A stretch of 25,589 nucleotides of DNA, taken from an archaeon. GTDB taxonomy: Archaea > Asgardarchaeota > Thorarchaeia > Thorarchaeales > Thorarchaeaceae. The number at the start of each line of letters is the position of its first letter. Position 1 is the first letter of the stretch. Both the position numbers and the translations under genes were made by a program. Under the pieces are notes generated by a model, which did no database searches, was not told where the DNA came from, and was given only the letters and a program-made list of their open reading frames with translations. Below, in pieces: positions 24,842-25,589 of the stretch. The DNA is taken from NCBI GenBank assembly GCA_024276825.1, contig JAJRWI010000068.1, positions 1 through 25,589 on the forward strand, written 5' to 3'.

Positions 24842-25589
24842 TCACACGCCTCCAATCTTTTCACTGACCTCTTGAAACAGCTTCTCTGCCTCGCCTAGAC
24901 TCCTCATTAGACCTCTCAGCATCTCAATCTTTTCAATTCTGTCAATGTCCTCACGTTGAATCATATCACCTATCTGCTTTACCAAAACCAATACTGTGCT
25001 CATCATATTGTCTATCTCTCTTAACATCTCTTCGTTCAGATCTGGAATTTTGTATCTCTTTTTCTTCCTGTACCTGTTTACAAAAAGCATTGATAGTACA
25101 GCTGAAAAGATGGACAGCGATGAGATAATTGCCACTTGTGCCATAGTGAACAGTCTTCCAGGCTCCTCAGTCTGGGTTGGGGCGGCTTTGGCATAGAGCT
25201 CGAAATGAATACTTGCAAAGGTGTTGGCATACTTTTCGTCCATGATGATAAAGATGCAGTTGATTCTCCCCGATGACTTCCAATATTCTTGAGTGAACTG
25301 TGTGACATAATGCCCATTCTCAACAAAGCCTGCAAAGAAGAAGGCAAGCGTTCCATTCGGAAGCTCGAATGCGACAGCAACAAAGAGATCATTGGCAGGT
25401 CTGCCTTCATAATCCTTTAGATACAGATTGATATAGATGCTCCTTCCAACCTCGTATCTAGAAATGTTTTCAGCCAATGAGGTGGTTGCAGTCAACGTAT
25501 TACGCAAGAGATATTCATTGAGGTTCTCCAATAACCTCTGATTGTCACATTTTACTATGTGTTTGTTCATGAATAATCTTGAAGATCCA
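24842..25589 (-). CDS. Single-pass membrane protein, C-terminal part (5'-truncated by the window edge)
   Basis: The frame stays open to the edge (GSSRLF-MNKHIVKCDNQRLLENLNEYL). This is followed by a beta-rich Ig-like domain, TM AIISSLSIFSAVLSMLFV, basic stop-transfer RYRKKKR and a helical cytosolic tail. Confidence 0.8.
   Translation of the reverse strand, partial: GSSRLFMNKHIVKCDNQRLLENLNEYLLRNTLTATTSLAENISRYEVGRSIYINLYLKDYEGRPANDLFVAVAFELPNGTLAFFFAGFVENGHYVTQFTQEYWKSSGRINCIFIIMDEKYANTFASIHFELYAKAAPTQTEEPGRLFTMAQVAIISSLSIFSAVLSMLFVNRYRKKKRYKIPDLNEEMLREIDNMMSTVLVLVKQIGDMIQREDIDRIEKIEMLRGLMRSLGEAEKLFQEVSEKIGGV

Noticed and set aside
1534-24864. ORF-track starts at 1534, 6902, 8979, 16987, 23896 and 24864
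   Set aside because: These are longest-ORF extensions that overlap neighbours or promoters. Downstream starts (1618, 6854, 9051, 16921, 23863, 24840) fit RBS, stop/start coupling, promoter position or paralog alignment better.

Overview
Archaeal-looking chromosomal window. This is inferred from TATA-like boxes about 25-50 nt before starts, GAGGTGA/GGAGG ribosome-binding sites, a two-gene SufCB (SMS-type) Fe-S system, a tungsten AOR with MoaD genes, and sequon-rich surface proteins. The gene style suggests an Asgard/Thorarchaeia-like host, but that assignment is unverified. Left to right: (1) 1-3018 is an AT-rich (mostly about 33% GC in hand-counted 60-mers versus about 45-57% elsewhere), translationally coupled four-gene cassette, open at the left edge. 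It encodes a HEPN-like RNase-wHTH, two paralogous CxxC-x23-HxxC zinc-finger-wHTH proteins and a HerA/DUF87 ATPase-coiled coil-wHTH. This is the best candidate for an undescribed defence/conflict system. (2) A minus-strand metabolic block: sufC-sufB-PHP, SCP2, aor and two MoaD/ThiS-like ubiquitin-fold genes. (3) A divergent operon of two paralogous membrane proteins, an ArsR-type regulator and a DUF4097-like protein, with a clear double operator. (4) A 1098-aa GNAT fusion convergent with a TPR protein. (5) A minus-strand operon, open at the right edge, of a membrane-anchored protein, an ABC ATPase and a 2265-aa surface protein (8-bladed beta-propeller, about 80 Asp-rich TSP3-like Ca-binding units, TM helix, cytosolic Ig-like domain). 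No rRNA, tRNA, CRISPR array, transposase or integrase was seen. All family calls come from reading motifs by eye, not from database searches.
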